Shown piece by piece: positions 1 through 10,427 of a stretch of DNA of 35,957 nucleotides. Positions within the stretch are counted from its first letter, which is position 1. Each line of letters begins with the position of its first letter. Source of the DNA: Trichomonas gallinae. Lineage: Eukaryota. Both the position numbers and the translations under genes were made by a program. The stretch spans positions 1-35,957 of the forward strand of contig MRSU01010363.1 of assembly GCA_008369845.1 (NCBI GenBank), in the 5' to 3' direction. The notes beneath the pieces are model-generated. The model saw only the letters and a program-made list of their open reading frames with translations, was not told the origin of the DNA and made no database searches.

Positions 1-26
1 GCGGGGTTCGACTCCCCGTGTCGGAA
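1..26 (+). tRNA. 3' part of a tRNA gene (T-arm plus acceptor 3' strand), probably tRNA-Glu; truncated by the window edge
   Basis: CGGGG-TTCGACT-CCCCG T-stem/loop (2-18) with the B-box GGTTCGA, followed by acceptor strand TGTCGGA (19-25) and discriminator A26. The 3' end resembles eukaryotic tRNA-Glu. The anticodon lies outside the window, so the isotype is inferred. Confidence 0.85.
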
Positions 27-31
27 AATAA

Positions 32-63
32 TTTTTTCCTTTACTGTTTTTTTTTTTTTTTTT
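32..63 (+). terminator. RNA polymerase III terminator T-runs after the tRNA
   Basis: T6 at 32-37 just after the discriminator base, and T17 at 47-63. Confidence 0.65.
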
Positions 64-72
64 CATTATTTT

Positions 73-1713
73 ATGGCAACAACAATTGAAGATTTATATG
101 AAGTAACGAAGAAAAATTTCGTGAAAGAAAGGAAGCAACAACTACTGAAAGGAGGTTCACTGGGCCCAGATGACTTGGTTTGCTTAAAGAAACAAGAAAA
201 AACATTATTAACAGAATCACCACCGAGAAACTATTATCATTGCATCTGTGGACTGAAAATAGACTCATTTGCAGCATTTCCTGCATATTTAGCAAGTTTA
301 ATTTCACGTCAAGAAAAAGGATCGATTTCAAAAAAGTGTACGATTCTACAATGCACATTTTACGTGTGGAACTCGTTTGATAATCAAGAGTTCGTTGCTC
401 AAATCCAAGCAAACGGTTCAACTGTTTTTAAGATTTATAATTCAGATCAATCTGAAGATAAAATAGACGAATCTAAGTTCGATAAAATTCGAATTTCATC
501 AGCCCTAAGATACTACAGAGCATCTCAGGATCTTTTATTCGCTTTATACGGCTCAAATCCGGTTTCGAATTCAATTACAAAAGTTTTTTCGGCAACACTT
601 CTCACGAAAGAAGAATTCAACTACATTGCAGAAAAACACCTAGTTACTGACGATTTGCAGGCTGCTTTGGCAGCAGCTTTGATTATGTCATTGAGAGCAG
701 ATGAAATTATTGAGTTTTTGCAAAAGAATCTATTGAAATATCCTACAATTTTCGATCATTTAATGAGATTTGTTCCCATTGAATGCAAATTCGCAACAAA
801 ATTATTACCAGTTATGTTAGATCACTTTTATAAGTTCCCAGAAGACATTGAAGTTGCTTCTATTCTTATGCAGTTGCTACCTGACATGCCTACCCAGTAC
901 GTCATTACGAATTCGATTTGGTGTTCGCCAATTGCTGGAATTTCTTTAGCAAAAAAGCTAATTTCGGAGAAGAAATACACAGAAGCTGTAAATGTGTTAA
1001 ACGCAACTTGTTATGCATCAGGTTGGCCATCATTAAATGTAAATCATCAAAAATTCGAATGCACGCAGCCAAAGAGAGCTCCAGAGCGTGGACCAACATT
1101 AAAGGAAATCAAATTAGTGAATTCTCCAATCGTTGGCATCCAAAATGAATTTTTCGTAACAGTTGCAGATTTATATATGAAAATGGAGCCTCATAACTTC
1201 AAAAAGCTCATTAAAGGTCTTTTGGTTAAGCATCCAATTGGTCGTAAAGTCAATAATCAAAGACTTTGGCCAAATCAAATATCTTACGGCGCAGTTGACG
1301 AAAATAACTATCTCTACGATCCTGGTGAGCATTGTGAGGAGGATCCGATAGAAATGTTTGAAGATTTCGATTTTTCGAAGAGTTTCCAAGATGTGATCAA
1401 AGATGTCGAGAAAGCAATGGAACACAAGTCTAAATTCATTTCTGAATCAGAAGGGAATGTTTCATCTGCATTAGTTCTCGCTCTTAGACTCAAAGACAAA
1501 AACATGATAATGCGCTGCTTTAAAGAGTTATCAAGAACACACGAAGCAACAAGAACAGATCAGATGCTTTTGTTGAAAGCGTTCATTATGAATGTTGGTC
1601 CTCAAATCGACGAAATCCTTGAGATGGATGTTTGCCAGCCAACTCTTCTTGAGCAAAATGCTTTCGAATTCGTGAAATCTATAACTTTCTGTCTGATTGA
1701 GTTATCGATATGA
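73..1713 (+). CDS. ChAPs-family (Chs5p-Arf1p-binding, Bch1/Bud7-like) exomer cargo-adaptor protein, 546 aa
   Basis: N-terminal blocks LGPDDLVCLKK, YHCICGLKIDSFAAFPAYLASL and FYVWNSF...QIQANGS match my recollection of the ChAPs consensus (LGPPDLV..K; HY..G.D.SS.ASLAAY; YCCYNAF..V.IPG). The TPR-like EAVNVLNATC matches ChAPs ALL.LNSCP. Inr TCATT at 63-67. Confidence 0.75.
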   Translation: MATTIEDLYEVTKKNFVKERKQQLLKGGSLGPDDLVCLKKQEKTLLTESPPRNYYHCICGLKIDSFAAFPAYLASLISRQEKGSISKKCTILQCTFYVWNSFDNQEFVAQIQANGSTVFKIYNSDQSEDKIDESKFDKIRISSALRYYRASQDLLFALYGSNPVSNSITKVFSATLLTKEEFNYIAEKHLVTDDLQAALAAALIMSLRADEIIEFLQKNLLKYPTIFDHLMRFVPIECKFATKLLPVMLDHFYKFPEDIEVASILMQLLPDMPTQYVITNSIWCSPIAGISLAKKLISEKKYTEAVNVLNATCYASGWPSLNVNHQKFECTQPKRAPERGPTLKEIKLVNSPIVGIQNEFFVTVADLYMKMEPHNFKKLIKGLLVKHPIGRKVNNQRLWPNQISYGAVDENNYLYDPGEHCEEDPIEMFEDFDFSKSFQDVIKDVEKAMEHKSKFISESEGNVSSALVLALRLKDKNMIMRCFKELSRTHEATRTDQMLLLKAFIMNVGPQIDEILEMDVCQPTLLEQNAFEFVKSITFCLIELSI

Positions 1714-1814
1714 ATTTATAAATAATAAAGATTTGTTTGTAATACTATTATTTATAACTGTTTACTATAAAATATTTTCATACTGAAAAACATGAAACGA
1801 AAAATAATATAAAA

Positions 1815-2863
1815 TCAATACATTGAGATGAAAACTAACAAAAAATTATTCAGTCTGAATGAATAATAGTTGTGGCAATTGACTAAAGTCTCATATTCTT
1901 TTAAGGCAATTGAAATCGGCGAAATCACTGCTTTTCCGTGTCCTTCTCTAACTCCTTGTAACATTAGTGTATCATACATTGAAACAGAAATATAACTCGA
2001 ACCACCTCCACCCCCAGTTCCTTCGTCATTAGTTCCAGATGCACCAGCACCACCTCCATACAGTCCACTTCCACCACCTCCACCTGAATGATCACCCGCC
2101 TTTGCAGAATCTGCACCTTTTCCAAATTTAGCAGGTGAATGTGTTTTGTAATCTGAATTTGTTACACTTGGATGTGCACACCCTTGCGTTCCACCTTCTG
2201 TTTGGGTGCCTCCTGTTGCAAAATTATATGCAGCTGAACCAGATTGTCCCTGATTATATATATTTGCATTTGTATAATCAGCAGAGTAGCCCATTGAACC
2301 GCCATAACCAGCACGGCCACCTTCTTTCCCACCTCCTTGACCTCCTTCTGATAATCCTCGATGTATAGGCCAAGAATATGCATAGCATCCCCATGCACCA
2401 CCTCCACCACCGGAGACAATCAAAACTTTTGATGGTGAACAACTCTCAAGAACTGAATTTTGTGTGGAGATATGTGTTGCACCTCCACCACCTCCTCCAC
2501 CTCCATATGTATTGCATCCCATGCTAGATCCACCTCCATTGAAGCCTCCTGAAATTATTTCTGTTGATGAACCAACATAATTTGTGCCTTGGCCACCAAC
2601 AAAAACATACAAAATCTGGTTAGCTTCTAACCTGATTTTCCCTTTAGTGTATCCTCCTAGGCCACCTCTTGCCTGTGATATAGGCTCATTGCCTGGTGTC
2701 CTATTTGCATTAGGCTTCCCAGCTGCGTAGCCACCTTGCGCACCCCAGACTTCAAGCAAATACTCGCCAGAAATTGGAACTGTGTAACTCTGACCCATGC
2801 CTTTGAACTCAAATGTTTGGTTCGATAATCCTGGCACTGTTCATCACTCAATATATCAATCAT
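1815..2863 (-). CDS. Glycine-rich protein (ALK/LTK-type Gly-rich domain, 'PE-PGRS-like' trichomonad family); 5' end uncertain, possible 1-bp frameshift
   Basis: Motifs YLLEVWGAQGG, GGYTKGKIRL, LYVFVGGQG, GGGGGATHI, LIVSGGGGG, GGGGSSYIS and GHGKAVIS, plus a hydrophobic C-tail. The track start at 2837 is GTG; the first in-frame ATG is at 2798. An out-of-frame ATG at 2863 could be the original start. Confidence 0.8.
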
Positions 2864-3145
2864 GTGAGAACTTTTCTCTCATTTTTATCATTCCATATTT
2901 TCGCCTTCTTAAAATTTTTCAATACAAGAATATTTCCATCATAATAATGCATATTTTCATTATATTATTCGTTTTATGTTAATTTTTATTTCATATGATT
3001 TTCAGATTCATTCAAAAATTGAGATCATTTTATATTGGCATATTTTCATCAAAATGTGATAATATTGCATAGGCACATATAAACTACGCATCCACATAAA
3101 ATCGTATAAAATTTTTCGTATATTGAAAATGAAATCCGAATCAAC

Positions 3146-3225
3146 ATGAAACTATAAAATTATTATAATACATATATATAACCAAAATAATTATAATGAA
3201 ACTATAAAATTATTATAATACATAT
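3146..3225. repeat. 30-bp perfect direct repeat, period 50
   Basis: ATGAAACTATAAAATTATTATAATACATAT at 3146-3175 and 3196-3225. Confidence 0.85.
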
Positions 3226-3409
3226 TCTATTGTCGATGTTTTTTATCTATGTTTTAATGACTTTGCAGAATTTGAAATGAGAAAATTATATAAAAGAGAA
3301 AATAATAAATAGAGTACACTAATATAACGTAGATTTACATAAAAAGAATAAATATAAAAAACATAACAAACAAAAAATCTAAATTCTAAGATGTGAATGA
3401 AATTGTGAA

Positions 3410-6400
3410 TCAAGATGATGCAGGGTAGAAGAGAGGAATAGGAACTTGCAGTGTGTGGATCAGTGTGATCTGCATAGCACAGACGAAGTCTTCTTGTTGC
3501 TTGAACATCTTCTTGTGGTTCTCGTCTTTGCTGTCTGCACGAAGATTCTGACGCTCGAAGATGTCTTTCATGATGTCGAATGCAGACCTGATCTGGTTCG
3601 CTGGGATGAAAAGGCAGTACGCGTTAGCGACTTCCCTGAAGATGCGCTCGATGAGGATTGGCATCTCACACATGTCGGCGTATGTGAATACGTAAAGATA
3701 AGATCCGTACTCTGGCTGCGGAGTTGAGTTTGATTTGATCTCCTTGAATGTGGCGAACTTGAACGTGTTCGTGTAGGACTCCGTGTTCTTGTTGCTAGAG
3801 AACAGAGGGAATATGTAAGGAAGTGTTCGCTCAAGCTCGTCAACGTATGGCTGCGATGGTTCTGCACTGCCGAATGCGTATATAGCAGAGCGGACAATCT
3901 CGGCACTTCGCTGGATGCCGTCCCATCGTGCTTTCTTACGGTCGGAGACAAGTCGACGGTAGACGACGACCTTGAGTGGGCCGATGACTGAACGTCTGTT
4001 CTGAGGAAGGACAAGTGAGCAGAAGCTGGGAAGTCGAGTGACAAGTGCCTCCTTGAACATGAGCTCGAGAGGCAGGGACTGGAGTGAGCGCGAGACAACG
4101 AAATTGATGGACTTGTCGATACATGGAGCAATTGTCAGGAATCTGCCTTTCTTCTTGGAGAACCATGACATGTCGCTTGGAAGCTCGTCTTCAATGAGAG
4201 GAATTGATGTCTTCAGGATTGAGCAGTTTTTGAGTAACTCGCCAAAAAGTTTCTCTTTGATCGCGTTCAATGTGTTTACGTAAAGCATTGGGTTGTTGAA
4301 CTTGTCAGCACTGCCTTTCTTGTCGACAAGAACGTAGCCAAGGAGACACTCGAAGAATGACTGAGGGAGGAAGTTCTCGATGAGCTCGAACTTGATCTTG
4401 GCGCCCATAGCGTCGATTTTGATGACACGCATTGGCGAGTTGCCGCCTGAAAACTTGACAATGCGACGCTGGCCTGTCATTGGGATGTAGACGACGATGC
4501 CATTGAATATTCGCTGGACAAGCACAGTCCTGCAGGCTGCCTTGTTGTGTCTGATCGCGGTCAAGAATCTGACGTCTGCTGTCACTGAGCCTTCGCTTGC
4601 CTCCTGGATTGTCTCGATAGTCTTCATGATCTCACGGCAAACTGATCTGTTCCTGATGTGCATCGCATCGACATCAATCTTCTGTGTCTCAAACAGTCTG
4701 ATGTTTGCGTTGATAGCAGAGAACAAGTTGTCAAGTGATCGTTCGCGTGCTTCAATAGACTTACGCGTCTGATCGATGTCGTAACCGGACTCAATCAAGA
4801 CATTCTCGAATGAAGGAAGACGAGGGTTCTTCAAGCACAGGACTTCGAAGTCCATCTCTGCGCTAGCATATATGATAGAAGGAAGACCTGTGTCAATATT
4901 GCGAAGTCTGTTGCCAAGAAGACACTTGATGTCGCTAAGTAAGTCGAAGACAAGAAGACGCTCGTTGATGAAGTCTTTGTCTGAGTATGCGAGAACTTCG
5001 ACTAAAATCTCAATAGAATGCGTGAACATGCGAATCGCGAATGTTGATATGTTGACTGGGACGAAGTGTGAGCCAAGTGAAAGTTTGCGGAGAGTTGTGA
5101 AAGCGTAGTCGAAGTAGAGGTGGCACTCCTTAGTCTTCTTCATCAACATGTAGCACTTAGAAAGCAGAGACTGGCAGTAGACAATGAGTTGGATAGACAT
5201 AAGCTTGTTCGCGTTCTTCTCGCAGAACTTTAATGAACGAAGACACTCATCTAAAGCATTATCTTTAGTAAGTGTTCGCTCGGTGACTTTAGGAAGGTCC
5301 TTAGTCTTGTTGCAGTGAGGCTGTGTCAAAAGATGAGGCTGAGAGATGCTGATCGGATTTGGTGACTCGACGCTGCAGAAGTGGTACATGATGATGTCAA
5401 CAAAGTTCATGCATGCTTCGATCTCCTTTCGCTGCGAGCCAATTTTCTCGAAGCATGTGCGGGCAAGAGCGAAGCAGCTCACACATTCATTAACGACATC
5501 ACCACGACTGAACATTTTAACTGGACGTTTGTATCCTAAGAAACGATTCTGTGAGTCGATGAGATCTGTCTCCAGATTGAATTTATTCGGGAAAGCGAAG
5601 TTGTTGAAGTAGACAACACTAAGTGCCAAGCCGCGCCAAAGGAAGCCAGTACCGACTTCTTTCAATGTTCCTTTGAGGTAGATAAAAAACTCGGACCAGA
5701 CAATTGTCTCCCTGAACATCATCCTGTCGAGTGTGCCGCGCATCATCATGCTGACGACAGCGCCACATGCGTCGAAGCTTGCACCGCTCAACAATGAAAT
5801 GTGTGTCGCTGAACGAGTCTGGTGGCGGACGTCGATGCGTGGGAGGCTCTGAACACACTGTGTGTACCTGTTAGTCTTAAGATACAAGCGACTTTTAAGG
5901 TATCCGATGATGTTCTGGAGGACTGGGATCTCCATAGATTTGAGGAGGTTGTCGATTGTGTATTCGGCTGCTTTGTAGTGTCTCATCCTAATTAATGTGT
6001 CAATATATGAGCAGCAGACGAGCATCGTGTTGATCGCGTTCTTCTTGGGACAGAATTCTGGGAATGAGCTGACGAGTGAAGGACGTGAAAGTCGCTGTGT
6101 CCCATTCAACATTGGATCCATAAGCTTGATGTTCTCCCTTACCTGAAGGTTGTACGGCTTTCTCAAGAGGAATGACAAGAGTGAGACAGCTAAGTGCATC
6201 ATACCGTTTTCGCAATATATCTGTGCGATTGTCTGACCGAGATACAAAGATTCATCGATTTTCGATAACTGAATCAACGTTTTGAGGCTTGAGGTGTAGA
6301 AAAAAAGCGCCCTTAATGTATCTCCGTTCCTCTGTGCCATTTGTGCAATGGCTGTAGATGCATTCGTGTCTTTGATGTCAGACAAGAAATAATTGTCGAA

Positions 6401-8263
6401 AGCAAGTGTTGCGTGGTAATATCTGTCTGATCTCTCTAATGTTTCTGCGAAAAACAAAACACTCGCTCGAATGATTGGTGTCCTGCTGAATGTTGGCATA
6501 ACTTTGTGGACAAGATAAACTATTTCAAACATAATCTGACACGAAATTGAAGGATCAACGTCGATATATGCTAGTGCTGCTGCGAAGCCTATCCTGAACG
6601 CAAAGAATGGCGGTAAATTCCCTGTCGAATAAACTTCATATAAATAAGTTGCTCTAAGTGATCTATGAGAAACTGGATGCTGCACAGATTTCAATGACGG
6701 TGGCTGTGAAATGCGGCCACCTGTTAATGGGCTTCGTCCGTCGATGATAAATTCGACATCTGCAGCAGCGAGATAATGTACAACGTTTTCAGTATAAGAT
6801 ACTGAAAGCTCTGGTAATTTACGACGTTTTTCAAGTTGTTTATAAGCCTTTCGTTCAATTTGCTCGTTTGGAATTAAATCTAATAATTTTTCGTAAGAAT
6901 GTTGAATTTCTGCAGCGTGAGAAAGCATTGCGTTGTGCGCTTCGTGTTCGAATATGATCAGATTCGGAAATAAGCAGCCCCGAGTGACAGGATTATTCGC
7001 GGATTGGTTTAAAAACTGTAATGTTGGGTAATACAAGTGAAAATAGTCTGCTGACGGCTCTATCGGTAATGCATTTAGTAGTTTTTGCTGGTTAACTAGG
7101 AAGCTGTATAGTGATATATAATAAAGTGCGTTATTCGTCACAATTCTGTTTTCATCTAATGTTGCAGGCAAAGTCATGGGGGCTGACGTGTATGGTTGGT
7201 GCGGGCTGTGTGTGACCGCCATCCTCCAGTTGACCATTGGCAGCTCATTTGATGCTGTTACTGGTCTTAACGAAACAATCCAATCAGAAAACTGGGTTGC
7301 GGAGTAAGAGTAATGTCCCTCGTCATCTAAAAGGTATGTCATTGTCTCTGGCGGTTCTGTAACTGCGATAGCTAATGTTTCTACTTTCGTCTGGCAATTT
7401 GCAAAATCTAAAACGTTCTCGTGAGTTTCTTCTTCAAATGCTTTGATTGCGGGATGATTTGTAGCTTGTATTGTATTATTCTTGATGAATTCGAAGAATG
7501 AGTCGCTATTTTCGTCGTCTGAATCGAGTTTTATCTGATTTATAGCGTCCAGCGCTTTCGGGCAGTACGTTGATAGTTTATGAATAACTGATGGTAAAAT
7601 AGGGTGTCTAGGAAATAAATAAGAGATATCAAAGCTAATTTTCAAAATTAATTCTTGAATTGAAAAATCTTCGAAAAGTGATGTTATTGGGGCATAACTT
7701 GGCGATTTTAGGCATTCTTCGAGCGCATATAAGAAGAAATAACAAGATTCTCCTCTTTCGTGAGATTTCAATCCAATCAAGTAGTAAACAAGTGCTAAAA
7801 TTCGAGAATCTATTGTTTCATCTGAATACTTTTTAAAATCGATCTTTTGATCACGTAGGGAAAGGATTATATCGATTTGTGCGGAAATTACATCATCATA
7901 ATCACTAGGATCTAACGGTAAAGTGTCAATATTTTTTGATAAATAATTTTGCACGGTCTCCTGCATGCTTTGAGACACTTGGTCTTCAGGAATTAAAAAA
8001 ACTGGGCCGGTATATTTTTGTGGTAATTTCATTTTTTCGAGAATTGATAAAATATTTGTTATACGCGATGATGCATCTGAAAAACCAACAATTTTCTTCA
8101 ACTTTCCTATCGGTTTCAACGCTATAACAGGAAATTGTTTACTTATTCGCAAATTTTCACCCTCAGAACTCGAAGAAAAGAAGTTTCCATCATCTGATTC
8201 CTCGCACGATTGTTGAGCTCGTTTATCCGCCTTTAATCCGAGAACAATTTTGGGGGAATCCAT
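3410..8263 (-). CDS. Large hypothetical alpha-helical/TPR-like protein (1617 aa) with a C-terminal separase/CHAT-like motif
   Basis: Long ORF with biased codon use. Likely start is MDSPK at 8263, directly preceded by Inr TCATAAT; the 53 upstream codons are AT-rich and promoter-like. TPR-like helices in the middle; SINFVVSRSLQSLPLELMFKEALVTRLPSF near the C-terminus. Confidence 0.85.
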   Translation of the reverse strand: MDSPKIVLGLKADKRAQQSCEESDDGNFFSSSSEGENLRISKQFPVIALKPIGKLKKIVGFSDASSRITNILSILEKMKLPQKYTGPVFLIPEDQVSQSMQETVQNYLSKNIDTLPLDPSDYDDVISAQIDIILSLRDQKIDFKKYSDETIDSRILALVYYLIGLKSHERGESCYFFLYALEECLKSPSYAPITSLFEDFSIQELILKISFDISYLFPRHPILPSVIHKLSTYCPKALDAINQIKLDSDDENSDSFFEFIKNNTIQATNHPAIKAFEEETHENVLDFANCQTKVETLAIAVTEPPETMTYLLDDEGHYSYSATQFSDWIVSLRPVTASNELPMVNWRMAVTHSPHQPYTSAPMTLPATLDENRIVTNNALYYISLYSFLVNQQKLLNALPIEPSADYFHLYYPTLQFLNQSANNPVTRGCLFPNLIIFEHEAHNAMLSHAAEIQHSYEKLLDLIPNEQIERKAYKQLEKRRKLPELSVSYTENVVHYLAAADVEFIIDGRSPLTGGRISQPPSLKSVQHPVSHRSLRATYLYEVYSTGNLPPFFAFRIGFAAALAYIDVDPSISCQIMFEIVYLVHKVMPTFSRTPIIRASVLFFAETLERSDRYYHATLAFDNYFLSDIKDTNASTAIAQMAQRNGDTLRALFFYTSSLKTLIQLSKIDESLYLGQTIAQIYCENGMMHLAVSLLSFLLRKPYNLQVRENIKLMDPMLNGTQRLSRPSLVSSFPEFCPKKNAINTMLVCCSYIDTLIRMRHYKAAEYTIDNLLKSMEIPVLQNIIGYLKSRLYLKTNRYTQCVQSLPRIDVRHQTRSATHISLLSGASFDACGAVVSMMMRGTLDRMMFRETIVWSEFFIYLKGTLKEVGTGFLWRGLALSVVYFNNFAFPNKFNLETDLIDSQNRFLGYKRPVKMFSRGDVVNECVSCFALARTCFEKIGSQRKEIEACMNFVDIIMYHFCSVESPNPISISQPHLLTQPHCNKTKDLPKVTERTLTKDNALDECLRSLKFCEKNANKLMSIQLIVYCQSLLSKCYMLMKKTKECHLYFDYAFTTLRKLSLGSHFVPVNISTFAIRMFTHSIEILVEVLAYSDKDFINERLLVFDLLSDIKCLLGNRLRNIDTGLPSIIYASAEMDFEVLCLKNPRLPSFENVLIESGYDIDQTRKSIEARERSLDNLFSAINANIRLFETQKIDVDAMHIRNRSVCREIMKTIETIQEASEGSVTADVRFLTAIRHNKAACRTVLVQRIFNGIVVYIPMTGQRRIVKFSGGNSPMRVIKIDAMGAKIKFELIENFLPQSFFECLLGYVLVDKKGSADKFNNPMLYVNTLNAIKEKLFGELLKNCSILKTSIPLIEDELPSDMSWFSKKKGRFLTIAPCIDKSINFVVSRSLQSLPLELMFKEALVTRLPSFCSLVLPQNRRSVIGPLKVVVYRRLVSDRKKARWDGIQRSAEIVRSAIYAFGSAEPSQPYVDELERTLPYIFPLFSSNKNTESYTNTFKFATFKEIKSNSTPQPEYGSYLYVFTYADMCEMPILIERIFREVANAYCLFIPANQIRSAFDIMKDIFERQNLRADSKDENHKKMFKQQEDFVCAMQITLIHTLQVPIPLFYPASS

Positions 8264-8902
8264 ATTATGATAGATAAAAACGATATAAAAAAAACTTTTT
8301 TGGTGAAAATCGAATCCACTTCCTTTTAATTTCTTTAGATTTCTATGCCATTGGTAATTCCAAAAAGTAGCAAAAAAGCTGTAAAAATTAAATTCCTGAT
8401 TTTGTATCAAACTTTTTGCCATTATAACCTGTTAATTAATATTAATATCATTTTATATTTCTGTTTCACAATGAAAATCGATAGATAATTTTTCCATCGA
8501 AAATTTTAATGAAAATAAATATAATATCTTATATATATTCTGTTTTTCAAATAAAATTGATGTTTTGGTAAAATTGAAAATTATTCAATGAATCGAAAGC
8601 GGAGATGGAGGCTTGTGACATTACAATAATGATGACTACTTGTAACTGTTATAAATACAAGAGATTCAAAATTGCCGTTTAGTTCGAAATGATTTTCATT
8701 TCGAAATAAGAACGTAACAAAAGGCGATCAACTTTTGATATTTCGATATATTCATGATCATTAACTTACATCTTATATGTTTCCATGCTATTCTCGTCTT
8801 GAATAATGATGCCTGTTGATTTATAAACTGTTTTTCTTGGATATTGATTTATCTATTGATATAGTTATTGTTTTCAAAATTATTTTGCAGTTGATTAAAA
8901 TC

Positions 8903-8976
8903 ACCCCTGTTATAGCTAATCAACCCCTAAACTATTCGTGAAAAGTACCCTGCATTAATTTTTGATACCCCTGCAT
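8903..8976 (+). promoter_or_regulatory. Four spaced ACCC(C)T boxes upstream of the 8985 ATG
   Basis: ACCCCTG 8903, ACCCCTA 8923, ACCCTGCAT 8947 and ACCCCTGCAT 8967, 20-24 bp apart in AT-rich DNA. Confidence 0.4.
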
Positions 8977-8984
8977 ATTTAAAA

Positions 8985-9869
8985 ATGAATGATATAAAAG
9001 GAAGACTGAATGAAGATTTACATATTTTATATGATAGAGCTGTCAATACTTTTCCTGAAGTTGAAGGCAACTTAAATGATAAAAAGATAGCTTATTTAAC
9101 ATCAATTTTAGATGTTACAGAAGAATTAGATGTAATTCTCATTGAAGAAGTCTTCTCTTTAATTCAATCGCTTATGGATGTTAATCAATTGATCCATCAA
9201 TCAATTATTGATTCATTACTATACTGCTGTTTGAAATATCCTCAATTTACAGTTGAACTCAAAAGATATACGAAACGACTTAATTCAAAAGCTTGGTTAT
9301 TCAACAGTATCATTAAAATACAGAAAAACTACGGCGATTTTTTCCAAAATTCAATAATCGAAAATAAACCAACTTGGGATTTCATTTTAGACGAATTTGA
9401 AGAAGATATGCGTGTTAAATCAACAATGCTTGATACACGATTTTCAAAATTCCCGGTTTCTTTATTAATTGAATCATTAATTTATCCCTGGCAGATAGAA
9501 AACCAAAATTTACATACAATTGAGCAGATTGTTGTGTCTATAGTTCAATTTTGTTTGCAATCAGATACTACTAGGGCAAATAGAATATTAAGTTTGTTAT
9601 TTACAATTTTTCCGAATGAAGTTTACGAGTATGTTCATGCATGTGCTCATAAATTGAGTGCAGAGTGCATAGGAAAGATTTGCGAATTAGAATTTTATAA
9701 TACCAAACCATTGGGTGGCAATATGTTTGATATCGCAGTCAAAATGATACCATTCAATCTAGAACTTGCAAAAAGTCTTGTATCAAAATGTAACGAAGAC
9801 GAAATATCAACATTCCAAGAAATTGTTGATCATTTCAGTGAATTTCATGGCAGGTTCATTCCAGAATAA
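8985..9869 (+). CDS. Hypothetical helical protein, 294 aa
   Basis: 885-nt ORF in very AT-rich DNA with AAAAATG context; no family recognised. Confidence 0.7.
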   Translation: MNDIKGRLNEDLHILYDRAVNTFPEVEGNLNDKKIAYLTSILDVTEELDVILIEEVFSLIQSLMDVNQLIHQSIIDSLLYCCLKYPQFTVELKRYTKRLNSKAWLFNSIIKIQKNYGDFFQNSIIENKPTWDFILDEFEEDMRVKSTMLDTRFSKFPVSLLIESLIYPWQIENQNLHTIEQIVVSIVQFCLQSDTTRANRILSLLFTIFPNEVYEYVHACAHKLSAECIGKICELEFYNTKPLGGNMFDIAVKMIPFNLELAKSLVSKCNEDEISTFQEIVDHFSEFHGRFIPE

Positions 9870-10334
9870 TGTCTTTTCAGGAATCTTAATTTAAAAGAAG
9901 AAATTTTATCATCACATTCCTTAAATACGTCAAATAATAGCATATTACTTCAGATGATAGTCAGTGATGCTACTATTGAATTAATTTGATGAATTGCCAC
10001 TTATATTATATATATTTTTATAAATGTTTGTAAAATTGTTTGTTATATTAATTATATCAGATTTTTGAATCATATACAAAGATATCTATTAATATATGAC
10101 AAAAATAATTCGTTGTTTTGATTGTGTATGTTGATTTAATATGAATCTTGACACGAATTTTCATATTTAATTATGATATTCATAATTTTTTGAAAGATTT
10201 AGAATCAATAACAAAATACAAATCTAAATCATTATTAAATTTTTTGAAATATTTTTATTAAAGAGAAAAAATGATAAAATTAAATATATTTTTAATATTC
10301 TTATTTCATTAAATTCTAAAGTTTTTAATTTTTT

Positions 10335-10379
10335 TGACGTGTAAAAAACAATTTGTCATGTAAATATTTGACATGTAAA
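10335..10379 (+). promoter_or_regulatory. Triple TG(A/T)C(A/G)TGTAAA motif upstream of the ankyrin gene
   Basis: TGACGTGTAAA 10335, TGTCATGTAAA 10354 and TGACATGTAAA 10369. The same motif recurs upstream of other genes in the window. Confidence 0.5.
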
Positions 10380-10427
10380 AATATTTTCGATAAAATTTGA
10401 GTTTATTTGACATAATTTTTAGAAAAA

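Noticed and set aside
3446..6215. Many short overlapping or antisense ORFs inside the large gene (also inside AP1G, CYFIP and GOST)
   Set aside because: Shadow ORFs caused by codon bias in GC-richer 3' halves; no recognisable motifs.
8264..8422. N-terminal extensions given by the ORF track (also 32643-32879 and the TTG/GTG starts)
   Set aside because: AT-rich promoter-like sequence; Inr-like elements sit before downstream ATGs, and eukaryotic initiation is expected at ATG.
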